A stretch of DNA of 64,000 nucleotides, taken from an uncultured Gemmatimonadaceae bacterium. Lineage in GTDB: Bacteria; Gemmatimonadota; Gemmatimonadetes; Gemmatimonadales; Gemmatimonadaceae. Shown one piece after another: positions 41,277 to 51,222 of the stretch; position 1 is the first letter of the stretch; each line of letters starts with the position of its first letter. The stretch covers positions 832,001 to 896,000 of the forward strand of contig CAVXGK010000002.1 in assembly GCA_963761305.1 (NCBI GenBank), read 5' to 3'. The translations under genes were made by a program, and so were the position numbers. Below the pieces are notes generated by a model. The model worked only from the letters and a program-made list of their open reading frames with translations. It made no database searches and was not told the DNA's origin.

Positions 41277-42769
41277 GCCGTCGTGTCTCGTTCGGCGCGT
41301 TTGTGATTGCGCTGGCGATCTCTCGCACCGGAGGCGCCCAGCAAGCGGGTACCGCGGCGCCAGCCAAATCCACGCGCTGCACGTCGAGCAGCGATCGACT
41401 CGCGAGCGACAGCGTGCCCGGTGTCGGCCAGATCACGTTCCTCGGCGGTCACGTCGTGATCCGCTGTCCGGCGCGAGGCATCGTTCTCACCGGCGACAGC
41501 GCCGAGGCGTATCCCGATCACGACCAACTGGTGAAAAACGCGACGGCCGACGAGCCGCGGTTTCACGTCACCGCCGACTTCCTCAATTATTTCCCAACCG
41601 ATGAGCGCGTCGTTGGCGCGGGCAACGTCCACGCGAAGACAGCAAGCGGCTCGACGCTCGTGGGGCCGCAGGCCGAGTACAAGCGCGCCGTGCTGAGGAT
41701 TCGTCCGCGCGAGCAGATGAGCGCCATCGCGCGGCCCACTATCACCATCGTCCAACGCGATTCGACCGGGAAGCTCGCACCGCCGATGACGGTCATCGCC
41801 GACCACGTCTTCATGGACGGCGACAGCCTCGTCTACGGCGGGGGACGCGTCGTCATCACGCGGCCGTCGGATGATCTCAAAGACACGGCTCTCACCGCGA
41901 CCGGCGATTCCGCATTCATCGATCAGGGCAAGGAGACGATGCGGTTGATGCGTGGTCCGAAGGTGGTCGGCAAACGCGATCATCCGTTCACGCTCACCGG
42001 CGTTCTCATCGACATGTTCTCGTCGAACCGGAAGCTGACGCGCGTGATCGCGCGCGCGAACGCCAAGGCCGTATCCGATTCGATGACGCTCACGTCCGAC
42101 ACCATCGACCTGCGCGTGCGTAACGATCTGCTCGACCACGCCTACGCGTGGAGCTCGGTGAATCGGGCGAAGGTCGTGTCGCCGAGCCAGAACATGATCG
42201 CCGATTCGCTCGACGTCACGATGCCTGGGCAACAGATGCGGCTCGTGCGCGCGTTGCGCAAAGCGTTCGCGCAGGGCAGGCCGGATACGACGAAGTACAA
42301 GATCACCAAGCCCGACACGACTGACTGGCTCCGCGGCGACACGGTCATCGCGCACTTCGACACGTCGGCGCGTTCGCCGCGCGACACGTCGAAAGCGCCG
42401 CGCATCCAACGGCTCGTCGCCCTGGGAAACGCCAGCTCGCTCTATCACGTCGCGCCGAGCGACACCAGCGTGCGGCAGGCGTCGCTCAGCTACGTGACGG
42501 CGCGCGACATCACCGTCCTATTCTCCCCCGATTCGCAGAAGGTCGCGACGGTGTCGACCGTCGATTCGGTCAACGGCGTTTTCGTCGAGGCGCGCCCCGA
42601 CACGACGGGTCGTCGGAAGGGCGGCGCGGCCAAGGGAACGACGCCATCGAAGACGTCAAAGACGCCCGCCGCGCCCCCCAAGACTCCGGTTCCCACGCCG
42701 GCGAAGCCGCCGTCCGCGTCGAGCTTCGACCGTTCGCCGTCCGATTCGTCAACTTTGCATCGCCCGTGA
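41273..42769 (+). CDS. Long LptA/OstA-like periplasmic beta-jellyroll protein
   Basis: signal peptide; recurring (L/V)TxD-type jellyroll strands; occupies the lptA position; Pro/Lys/Ser/Thr tail. Confidence 0.65.
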   Translation: MSRRVSFGAFVIALAISRTGGAQQAGTAAPAKSTRCTSSSDRLASDSVPGVGQITFLGGHVVIRCPARGIVLTGDSAEAYPDHDQLVKNATADEPRFHVTADFLNYFPTDERVVGAGNVHAKTASGSTLVGPQAEYKRAVLRIRPREQMSAIARPTITIVQRDSTGKLAPPMTVIADHVFMDGDSLVYGGGRVVITRPSDDLKDTALTATGDSAFIDQGKETMRLMRGPKVVGKRDHPFTLTGVLIDMFSSNRKLTRVIARANAKAVSDSMTLTSDTIDLRVRNDLLDHAYAWSSVNRAKVVSPSQNMIADSLDVTMPGQQMRLVRALRKAFAQGRPDTTKYKITKPDTTDWLRGDTVIAHFDTSARSPRDTSKAPRIQRLVALGNASSLYHVAPSDTSVRQASLSYVTARDITVLFSPDSQKVATVSTVDSVNGVFVEARPDTTGRRKGGAAKGTTPSKTSKTPAAPPKTPVPTPAKPPSASSFDRSPSDSSTLHRP

Positions 42770-44043
42770 CGACGCCGCCGCCCATCCCGCCCAATTCACC
42801 GACTCCGCCGGAGACTCCGCCGGAGCCGGAATCCGGAGCTCGCGCTCTCGCCGAGCAGCTGTCGCGCGGCGACCGCTCGACGGCCCTCGCGCTCCATGCC
42901 CTGATCACCGCCGCCGACGAAACCGGTCTCGCCAGCGTCGACGCGGTCATCAAGGTGTACCGCGACGACTACCTGGCCGCGCTGCGCGCCGCCGGCCGGG
43001 ACGCCGAGCGTGAAGCGGGACGCCTGAGTCTGGACGAAGTGCGGCAGCACCTGGCGCAGTCGGTGTTTCCGCGCCTCGCCGGAGACGGCATCGTCGTGCC
43101 GCCGCTGGGCGGGTTCCAGCATGCGCCGGAGGTCTGGTTCTCGGAGCGTTCGTGGCGCGACATCGCCGCCGCCCGCGAGCCGCTGGCGAAAGTGCTGCGG
43201 GAAACGGGCGAGCACGCGGGCGTCGCCGACACGCGCGTCGCCACTCCGGTTCGCCCGACCATGGCGGTCGACGGCAGCGTTTTGGAAGCCCACGGGCTCG
43301 TCAAAACGTACCGCCGACGCCGGGTCGTAAACGACGTGGCCCTGCGCTTGCAACAGGGAGAGATTGTTGGACTGCTGGGCCCGAATGGCGCGGGAAAGAC
43401 GACGACGTTCTACATGATCGTCGGCCTCATCGAGCCGCTCTCTGGACGGATCGTGCTGGACGGCAAAGACATCACGTCGATGCCGATGTACAAGCGAGCG
43501 CGGCAAGGGATCGGCTATCTATCGCAGGAGCCGTCGATCTTTCGCAAGCTGTCGGTCGAGGACAACATCCTGGCCATTCTCGAGACGCTCGACCTGCCGT
43601 CGAACGAACGGCGGAGCCGCCTCGAAACGTTGCTCGACGAGCTCAGTATCAAGCACCTGCGCCACAGCAAGGCATTCTCGCTGTCCGGCGGTGAGCGGCG
43701 GCGGCTGGAGATCACGCGGGCCCTCGTCACGCAGCCGAAGTTCATGATGCTGGACGAGCCGTTCGCGGGCGTCGATCCGATTGCCGTACACGACATTCAG
43801 CAGATCGTCGGTAACCTTCGCCACCGGGGCATCGGTGTGCTCATCAGCGATCATAACGTCGAACAAACCCTGGATATCGTGGACCGGGCATACATCATGT
43901 TTGATGGACAAGTGAAGGTGTCCGGCACCGTTCGCGAACTCGTGTTCGACGACACGGTTGCCGACATTTATCTTGGTCCAACGCTCACGGCACGTCTCCG
44001 TTCGCGGTTCGCCGCGGATCGCGACGCGATGCCGGCGGCCTAA
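42766..44043 (+). CDS. lptB: LPS export ABC ATPase LptB with ~170-aa N-terminal extension
   Basis: GPNGAGKTT, GYLSQEPSIFR, LSGGERRRLEI, LDEPFAGVDP, DHNV; followed by rpoN. Confidence 0.93.
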   Translation: MTTPPPIPPNSPTPPETPPEPESGARALAEQLSRGDRSTALALHALITAADETGLASVDAVIKVYRDDYLAALRAAGRDAEREAGRLSLDEVRQHLAQSVFPRLAGDGIVVPPLGGFQHAPEVWFSERSWRDIAAAREPLAKVLRETGEHAGVADTRVATPVRPTMAVDGSVLEAHGLVKTYRRRRVVNDVALRLQQGEIVGLLGPNGAGKTTTFYMIVGLIEPLSGRIVLDGKDITSMPMYKRARQGIGYLSQEPSIFRKLSVEDNILAILETLDLPSNERRSRLETLLDELSIKHLRHSKAFSLSGGERRRLEITRALVTQPKFMMLDEPFAGVDPIAVHDIQQIVGNLRHRGIGVLISDHNVEQTLDIVDRAYIMFDGQVKVSGTVRELVFDDTVADIYLGPTLTARLRSRFAADRDAMPAA

Positions 44044-44052
44044 CCCCGACTC

Positions 44053-45516
44053 ATGAAAGCCGGACTTTCGCAGAGCACACAGCTCAGGCAGGAGCTCAAG
44101 ATCAACCCTCGCCTGTATCAGGCGATGGACCTGCTGTACATGCCGTTGCTGGACCTGCAGCAGCACCTCAAGCAGGAATTGCTAAACAATCCCTTCCTCG
44201 ACATGGTCGAGCTCGAGGAGGATGAGGAGAGCGAGGAAGAAGAGGCAGCCGAACCCGAGGCGCCGACCGAGCAGAAGGACAGCAGCGACGAGATCGACTG
44301 GGAGGAGATTCTCCTCGACGGCTTCGACACCGGCGGCCGCCGCGAAGAGCACGAAGAGCGCGAGTACTACGAGCCCGTCACGGTCGATACACGCGACCTC
44401 TCGGACCACCTCGCCGACCAGATCACGCTGCTCGACCTGACGCCGCGCCAGCAGCTCCTCGCCGACGAATTCATCGGGAACATCAACGAGGACGGCTATC
44501 TGGCGTGTCCGCTCGACACCCTGCTGCTGACCGTCAACGACACGATCGTCAAGGCCGCCGAAGCGATCGAGCGCGACACCGAGGATCTGCCGCTCTACAC
44601 GCTGCCGGAAGTCGACGACATGCTGCGCACGGTGCAGACGCTCGACCCGCCGGGCGTCGGCGCGCGCGACCTGCGCGAATGCCTCATGCTCCAGCTCCGC
44701 GAGGCCGGGCTCGAGCAGTCGGTGCCGTTCCGCCTCGTGCGCGATTGCTTCGACGAGTTGATCAACCACCGCTGGAGCGAGATTTCCAAGCGGTTCGGCA
44801 TCAGCCCGAGCGACGTCCAGCGCGCCGCCGACGAGATCAAGAAGCTCGACCCCAAGCCCGGGCTCGTCTATTCGAGCGCCAGCGACAACTACATCATCCC
44901 GGACCTCATCGTCGAGAAGATCGACGGGCGCTACCACGTCTTTTTGAACGACGCGAACCTGCCGCGCCTCAAGCTGAGCCGCGCCTACCAGGAGATCGCG
45001 CGCGACAAGAAAAAATTCGAGGGTGAGAACAAGGAGTTCATTTCCAACAAGCTCAACTCGGCCAACTGGATGATCCAGGCGATCGAGCAGCGGCGGCAGA
45101 CGATGCTCAAGGTGATGAACTACATCGTCGACCGGCAGCGCGACTTCTTCGAGAAGGGCGTGCAGTTCCTCAAGCCGCTGACGCTGCGCGAGGTCGCCGA
45201 AGTCATCAGCATGCACGAGTCGACGGTGAGCCGCGTGACGAACGAGAAGTTCGTGCAAACGCCGCGCGGCGTGCTCCCGCTCAAGTTCTTCTTCTCGTCC
45301 GGTCTGTCGACGACCGCCGGCGAGGACGTATCGGCCCGCGGCATCAAGGCGCAGATCGAAAAGCTCGTCGGGGAGGAGGATCCCAAGCATCCGCTCACCG
45401 ACCAGGCCATCGTGAACATCCTCAAGGAGGGCGGCGTCCAGATCGCGCGCCGCACGGTGGCGAAGTACCGCGATCAACTCGGAGTGTTGTCCGCTCGAAT
45501 GCGCAAGCGGGTATGA
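44053..45516 (+). CDS. rpoN: RNA polymerase sigma-54 factor
   Basis: Gln-rich N-terminus, DPPGVGAR, HESTVSR, RpoN box ARRTVAKYR. Confidence 0.97.
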   Translation: MKAGLSQSTQLRQELKINPRLYQAMDLLYMPLLDLQQHLKQELLNNPFLDMVELEEDEESEEEEAAEPEAPTEQKDSSDEIDWEEILLDGFDTGGRREEHEEREYYEPVTVDTRDLSDHLADQITLLDLTPRQQLLADEFIGNINEDGYLACPLDTLLLTVNDTIVKAAEAIERDTEDLPLYTLPEVDDMLRTVQTLDPPGVGARDLRECLMLQLREAGLEQSVPFRLVRDCFDELINHRWSEISKRFGISPSDVQRAADEIKKLDPKPGLVYSSASDNYIIPDLIVEKIDGRYHVFLNDANLPRLKLSRAYQEIARDKKKFEGENKEFISNKLNSANWMIQAIEQRRQTMLKVMNYIVDRQRDFFEKGVQFLKPLTLREVAEVISMHESTVSRVTNEKFVQTPRGVLPLKFFFSSGLSTTAGEDVSARGIKAQIEKLVGEEDPKHPLTDQAIVNILKEGGVQIARRTVAKYRDQLGVLSARMRKRV

Positions 45517-46517
45517 CCTCCACGATCGGGGCGCCGATGAACCCGTCCGCGGGCAGCAGCCTCGTTTCGCCACGACGACGTCGCGACACGGTCGACGTCT
45601 CCGTGCTCGTCCCGGCGAAGGACGAAGCCGAAAATCTGCCGCTGTTCATGGCGCAGGCCGCCGAGGCGTTCGCCGCGTCGCCGCACACCTACGAGGTCAT
45701 CGTCATCGACGACGGCAGCGTAGATCGTACGTGGGCCGTGCTGCAGGATCTCGCCAAACGCTATCCGTTCCTGCGCTCCGTGCGTCACCGTTCGCGCCGT
45801 GGGATCGCCGACGCACTGCGCACCGGCTACCTCACCGCGCACGCCGACGTGCTCGTTTTCTATCCGGCCGATTTGCAGTTCAAGCCCGAGGACATTCCGC
45901 GACTCGTCGCCCCGATCCTCGCCGGCGACGCCGACATGGTGACGGGGTTCAAGGAAGGGAAGTACGACAAGGCGTTCGTCTCCGGCGTCTATAATTGGCT
46001 GAGCCGGTCGCTCTTCCACGTTCCGGTGAAGGACCTGAATTCGGTGAAGGCCTACCGGCGCGAGGTCATGGACAGCATTCCGACCCGCCCCGACTGGCAC
46101 CGCTACATGGTGGTGATGGCGGCCGCGCAGGGATTCACGGTGACCGAGATCCCGGTGCCGCTCTATCCGCGCCACGCCGGAAAGTCGAAGTTCGCCACGT
46201 GGCACCGGATTCCGGTGGGCGTGCTCGACATGCTGTCGGTGTGGTTCGAGCTGCGCTTCAGCCAGAAGCCGCTGCTGCTGTTCGGAATGCTCGGCGCGGC
46301 GCTGTTCGCGGCGAGCACGCTGTTCGGCATCATCGCGCTCGTCTTCGTTCGTTCGCTCGCCGTGCGCCCGTTGTGGACGGTGGTTCAGACGTGTCTCATC
46401 CTCGGCAGCATCTTCTTCGCCACCGGATTGATCGGCGAACAGATCGCGGGCCAACGCGCCCAGCTCCGGGAGATTCGCCGGCAGCTCGACGAATTGGCCG
46501 ACGGCGGACAGGAGTGA
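45513..46517 (+). CDS. GT2 glycosyltransferase, polyprenol-phosphate (ArnC/GtrB-like) type with C-terminal TMs
   Basis: VLVPAKDE, IDDGSVDRT, ADLQF, PRHAGKSK, KPLLLFG plus 2 TMs. Confidence 0.88.
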   Translation: MTSTIGAPMNPSAGSSLVSPRRRRDTVDVSVLVPAKDEAENLPLFMAQAAEAFAASPHTYEVIVIDDGSVDRTWAVLQDLAKRYPFLRSVRHRSRRGIADALRTGYLTAHADVLVFYPADLQFKPEDIPRLVAPILAGDADMVTGFKEGKYDKAFVSGVYNWLSRSLFHVPVKDLNSVKAYRREVMDSIPTRPDWHRYMVVMAAAQGFTVTEIPVPLYPRHAGKSKFATWHRIPVGVLDMLSVWFELRFSQKPLLLFGMLGAALFAASTLFGIIALVFVRSLAVRPLWTVVQTCLILGSIFFATGLIGEQIAGQRAQLREIRRQLDELADGGQE

Positions 46518-46530
46518 ACGACTCGAAGAC

Positions 46531-47700
46531 ATGAGAGTTCTCTTTCTCACGCACTCATTCCCGCGGCAACACGGCGACACGCCGGGATCGTTCGTGCTCC
46601 TGCTGGCGACCGCACTGCGCGCCGAGGGGTTCGACACGCGCGTCGTCGCGCCGGCGGCCCCCGGCTATCCGGATCACGCCACGCTCGACGACGTGCCGGT
46701 GGATCGGTTCCACTACGCGCCGCGACGCTACGAGACGCTCGCCTACACGGGCACGATGGCGTCGCAGGTCCAGGCGTCGTGGAGCGCGCGCTTATCACTG
46801 CTCGGATTTCTCGGTGCCGAGTTTCGGTCGGCGGTGCGGGCGCGCCGCGAGTTCAAGCCTGACGTCGTGCACGCGCACTGGTGGTTCCCGAACGGACTGG
46901 TCGGAACGTGGCTCGGCCGGCTCGCCAACAAGCCGCTCGTCACGACGCTCCACGGCAGCGACGTGCGACTCGCTCGCGCCGTGGCATTCTCGCGCCCCGC
47001 GTTCCGTCACGTGCTCCACCGCTCGGCCGTCGTTACGGCCGTGTCGCGATGGCTCGCGTCGGAAGTGCAGCAAGTCGTGTCCGCGCCGGTGCCGGTCGTC
47101 GCCCCGATGCCGGTGGCGACGGATCTCTTCTCGCCGGACGGCGTCACGCGCGGCGATCGGCTGCTGTTCGTGGGACGGCTCAATCGCCAGAAGGGGATCG
47201 AGCTCCTGCTGCACGCCATGGCCAAGCTTCCCGACGGCTCGCCCGGACTGGACGTCGTGGGCGACGGCGAAGACCGCGAGCAGCTTCGGCAGCTCGCGAC
47301 CGGCCTCGGCCTCGACGACCGTGTGACCTGGCACGGCGCGCTTCCGCAGAATCGGCTGCCCGCGTTTTATCGGCGGGCGATCGCGCTCGTGGTTCCGTCG
47401 GTGGAGGAGGGACTCGGTCTCGTCGCCGTCGAGGCGCAGCTCTGCGCTACGCCGGTCATCGCGTTCGCCTCCGGCGGTCTCACCGACGTCGTGCAGGATG
47501 ACCGCACCGGAATCCTCGTTGCCGACGTCGATGCCGGCGCGCTCGCGGCGGCAATCGAAGCTTTGCTCACGCGTTACGATCGCGGCGCTGCGCTCGGCGC
47601 CGCCGGACGTCTGCACGCCCTCGCCACCTTCGCCCCCGAGTCGGTTGCCCGACGCTACGCCGACGTCTACAAGTCCGCCATCGCCGCCTCGCCGAAATAG
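46531..47700 (+). CDS. GT4 glycosyltransferase
   Basis: HAHWWFPNG, TTLHGSDV, VGRLNRQKG, EGLGLVAVEA. Confidence 0.9.
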   Translation: MRVLFLTHSFPRQHGDTPGSFVLLLATALRAEGFDTRVVAPAAPGYPDHATLDDVPVDRFHYAPRRYETLAYTGTMASQVQASWSARLSLLGFLGAEFRSAVRARREFKPDVVHAHWWFPNGLVGTWLGRLANKPLVTTLHGSDVRLARAVAFSRPAFRHVLHRSAVVTAVSRWLASEVQQVVSAPVPVVAPMPVATDLFSPDGVTRGDRLLFVGRLNRQKGIELLLHAMAKLPDGSPGLDVVGDGEDREQLRQLATGLGLDDRVTWHGALPQNRLPAFYRRAIALVVPSVEEGLGLVAVEAQLCATPVIAFASGGLTDVVQDDRTGILVADVDAGALAAAIEALLTRYDRGAALGAAGRLHALATFAPESVARRYADVYKSAIAASPK

Positions 47701-48631
47701 GCGCTGGCTGGCAGTGCAGGTGGTGGCGACGGTCGTCGTCGCCTGGTTCGTCGTCAGAGCCCTCGTCGGCCAGTGGCACGCCGTGGAGAGGCAGCCGCTC
47801 GAGATCAATCCGAACTGGACACTGATCGCCGCGTCGGGCGTGGTGGTCCTCGCGACCTACGCGGTGCTGATCGAAGCGTGGCGGCGGATTCTCGTCGCGT
47901 GGAAGGCAAAACTGGCCTTCTGGCCGGCGGCGCGGATCATGAGCATTTCCAGATTGGGCCTCTACGTTCCCGGCCGGATCTGGCAGATCACGGTCATGGC
48001 GAAAATGGCGCAGAACGCGAAGGTGAGTCCGGTCGCCGCCGCCGGGTCGTCGGTGCTGAACACGGTCGTGAACATCGCGATGGGATTCCTCGTCGCGCTC
48101 GTGGCGGGATGGCGCTCCTTCGACCGATTGTCACACGGCAGAACCGGCGTAGGCGTGGCGCTGGTGGTCCTCGCCCTGGCGGGCATCCTGCTGTTGCCGT
48201 TCGCGCTTCCGATCATGATGAGGTTGGCGCGGCGAATCACGGGGCGGGATCTGGCGGACGTGACCCTTCCGCATCGTGCGGTGTATGTGGCGATCGTCGC
48301 AAACATCATCGCGTGGCTGATGTACGGCGCCGCGTTCCAGTTGTTCGTCCGCGGCATGACGGGCAGCGCGCAGGGGTCGTACGCCGACTACGTGACTGCT
48401 TTCGCCTGGCCGTACCTCGTGGGTTATCTTGCGGTCGTCTTTCCGGGCGGGCTGGGCGTTCGCGAAGTGGCGTTGGCCGTCGCGCTCGATGCGTTGCACT
48501 TGGCCGCTCCGCCGACGGCGGCCGTCATTGCCGTCAGCTCGCGTCTGTGGCTGTCGGTGCTGGAGCTGGTGCCCGGTCTTCTGTTCTGGATAGGCGTTCG
48601 GCGATCACGTTCTCGAGCCCCAACGACCTGA
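47645..48631 (+). CDS. Lysylphosphatidylglycerol-synthase TM (flippase-like) domain protein
   Basis: multi-TM; LGLYVPGRIW, PGGLGVRE, SRLW motifs; start uncertain (TTG 47645 overlaps GT4 gene). Confidence 0.78.
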   Translation: MPDATPTSTSPPSPPRRNRRWLAVQVVATVVVAWFVVRALVGQWHAVERQPLEINPNWTLIAASGVVVLATYAVLIEAWRRILVAWKAKLAFWPAARIMSISRLGLYVPGRIWQITVMAKMAQNAKVSPVAAAGSSVLNTVVNIAMGFLVALVAGWRSFDRLSHGRTGVGVALVVLALAGILLLPFALPIMMRLARRITGRDLADVTLPHRAVYVAIVANIIAWLMYGAAFQLFVRGMTGSAQGSYADYVTAFAWPYLVGYLAVVFPGGLGVREVALAVALDALHLAAPPTAAVIAVSSRLWLSVLELVPGLLFWIGVRRSRSRAPTT

Positions 48632-51121
48632 ATGGCACAACCCGCAGCGCAAGCCACCACGCCGCAACCTCGTGCGCGCCGCACGGCGACTTCAGGCGCC
48701 GCGCTGCCGACGCCGCGTTTCGCCACGGCCTGGGCGACGCTCGTGTACGTCGTTGCCGCGATGCTGCTGGCCTATCCCGCGCTCGCCGGACAGTTCCTGA
48801 TCAACCCGCGGAGCGACCAGTACAAGGCCGGCTACGCGTTCCGAGAATTCGCGGCGAGCTGGCTCCGCGCCGGGCATGGATTTCCGCAGTGGAATCCGTA
48901 TTTCCTCGGCGGACTGCCGTACGTCGCCGCGATGCACGGCGACATTTTTTACCCGACGTTCCTGCTGCGCATGGTGATGCCCACGGACCGCGCGATGACC
49001 TGGGAGTTCGTGATTCACATCGTGCTCGCCGGACTCTTTACATACGAGTTCTTGCGTGCCTGGGGCGTCTCGTTCTACCCGGCCTTGATCGGCGGACTGG
49101 CGTACATGCTGAGCGGGCCGATCGCGGCGTACGCGGCGCCCGGGCACGACGGCAAGTTGTTCGTGAGCGCGCTCATGCCTCTGGGGCTCCTCCTCGTCAC
49201 GCGGGGCGTCCGCGACGGAAAGCACTGGGCATGGGGAGCGCTCGCGTGCACGGTCGGGTTGGCGGTGTTGAGCCCGCATCCGCAGTTGCTCCAGTACTTC
49301 CTGCTCACCTGCGGGGCGTTCGCGCTTTACCTCGCCTTCGCCGATCCTGGCTCGGGAAAGCTGGACCGCGAGACGGCGATTCGCCGGCTCGCGTTCGCGG
49401 GCGGCGCAGTGATGCTCGGATTGCTCATCGGCGCGGTGCAGTTCCTTCCCGTGCGCGAGTATGTCCCGTGGTCGCCACGCGGCGGCGGACGTGGTTACGA
49501 GTTCGCGACCTCGTTCTCGATGCCGATCGAGGAGTTGATCAACACAATCGTGCCGCAGTTCAGCGGCATTCTCGATCTGTACTGGGGGCGGAACGGCATC
49601 CACTTCCATAGCGAGTACGCCGGCGCCGCGGTGATTCTGCTCGCGACCGCCGCGATCGGGGCGGGGACCCGCGTCTCGTTCCGCCGTTTCTGGGGCGGAA
49701 CGCTCATCGTCTCCATCCTCTGGGCGCTGGGCGGCTTTACGCCGTTCTATCGTCTCATCTACGCCGTCGTGCCGGGGACTCACTACTTCCGCGCGCCAAG
49801 CACGATGATGTACGTCGGCATGTTCGCGGTGGCCGTGTTCGCCGGACTCGGCGCCGAGCGAATTCTGTCGCGCCTGAGCAGCACGCGTTTCGCCATCGGT
49901 TGGATGATCGCCGCGGTCGTGCTGGGGGTGCTCGGCGCCACCGGTGGGCTGACGTCGCTCGCGCACGTCGTCAGCTCCACGTTCCCGGAACAGATGCAGC
50001 GGGATCAGGTGATCGACGCCAATGCTGCGTCGTTGGCATTCGGATCGTTGCGCTCGGCGCTGGCGCTGTTGGTCGTCGCGGGCGTGTGCTGGGCCGTCGC
50101 GACCGATCGCATTGGCGTTCGACCGGCGGCGATCGCGCTTCTCGGCGTAGTCGCGCTCGATCTCTGGTCGATCGAGCACTTGTACTGGCAGTTCGACGCA
50201 CCGGCGTCGGTGCTGTTCGCCCCGGACGCGGCGATCGACAGTGTGCGGGCAGCGAAGCAACCGGGGCGAGTCGTAGCCCTCGACTTTCTTGGAACCGGTG
50301 ACCGAGTGGGGGATCCCGCGTTCGTCGGCGACGGCCTCATGGTGCACGACGTGCGCACGCTCATCGGCTATCACGGCAACGAACTGAATCGATTCGAGAA
50401 GTTGATGGGTAAGCTCGAACCCGACGCCGGCTATCCGGGCGAGGCCCAGATCAATCCGGCGATCTGGCGGCAGGAGAACGCGCAGTACCTCTACACGACG
50501 CTGCCCGATTCGTTGATCTCGGCGGCGGCGACTCAGTTTCATTGGCCCGCTCCGCCGACCAAGATCGTTGGGCCGGTTCGTGACGCCGCGGGCACGACGG
50601 TCTATCTCTATCGGCTTCCGGGCGACAACCCTGCCTCGTGGGTCGCGACGGCCCGACTCAAGGCGACGGACGACCAGGCGCTCGCCACGGTGAGCAATCC
50701 GAGTTTCGATCAAACGCGCGCCGCCCTCGTCGATCCGACCGTCGATTCGTCGGGGATCTCTCCGAGCGAAGCCCCGCCCTCGGCCCCTCAGAAAGCGGCG
50801 ACCCCGCGGTTCGAACCCGGTGCCATCGACGTCCAGCTCGACACCCCGGCGACGGCCGGACAGGCGCTGGTGGTATCAGAGAACTACTATCCCGGCTGGC
50901 ACGCCACCGTGGACGGAAAACCGGCGGCGGCCGAGCGGATGAACTACAACCTGATCGGCGTTCCACTTCCGGCGGGCGCCCGCGGCATCCAGCTCCGGTT
51001 TACGGATACCGCCTACGAAAGGGGGAAGGCGGTCACGATTGTGGCACTTCTGGCGGCGTTGATCGTCTGGATTGGAGGTGGGGTTGTCGACCGTCGGTCG
51101 ACGGCACCCACCAAAGGCTGA
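48632..51121 (+). CDS. YfhO-like membrane protein (putative GT-C glycosyltransferase)
   Basis: PQWNPYFLGGLP, IFYP, multi-TM, FRAP, VVSENYYPGWHATVDG, C-terminal TM. Confidence 0.85.
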   Translation: MAQPAAQATTPQPRARRTATSGAALPTPRFATAWATLVYVVAAMLLAYPALAGQFLINPRSDQYKAGYAFREFAASWLRAGHGFPQWNPYFLGGLPYVAAMHGDIFYPTFLLRMVMPTDRAMTWEFVIHIVLAGLFTYEFLRAWGVSFYPALIGGLAYMLSGPIAAYAAPGHDGKLFVSALMPLGLLLVTRGVRDGKHWAWGALACTVGLAVLSPHPQLLQYFLLTCGAFALYLAFADPGSGKLDRETAIRRLAFAGGAVMLGLLIGAVQFLPVREYVPWSPRGGGRGYEFATSFSMPIEELINTIVPQFSGILDLYWGRNGIHFHSEYAGAAVILLATAAIGAGTRVSFRRFWGGTLIVSILWALGGFTPFYRLIYAVVPGTHYFRAPSTMMYVGMFAVAVFAGLGAERILSRLSSTRFAIGWMIAAVVLGVLGATGGLTSLAHVVSSTFPEQMQRDQVIDANAASLAFGSLRSALALLVVAGVCWAVATDRIGVRPAAIALLGVVALDLWSIEHLYWQFDAPASVLFAPDAAIDSVRAAKQPGRVVALDFLGTGDRVGDPAFVGDGLMVHDVRTLIGYHGNELNRFEKLMGKLEPDAGYPGEAQINPAIWRQENAQYLYTTLPDSLISAAATQFHWPAPPTKIVGPVRDAAGTTVYLYRLPGDNPASWVATARLKATDDQALATVSNPSFDQTRAALVDPTVDSSGISPSEAPPSAPQKAATPRFEPGAIDVQLDTPATAGQALVVSENYYPGWHATVDGKPAAAERMNYNLIGVPLPAGARGIQLRFTDTAYERGKAVTIVALLAALIVWIGGGVVDRRSTAPTKG

Positions 51122-51222
51122 CACACAGCTAGTTTGTCGCCTGGCCTCGGTCCAACACCCGTCGACGAAGCCGTTGACGGGTAGCGTGGGTGGATCGAGA
51201 TCCAATCCAACAGGACCCTTCG

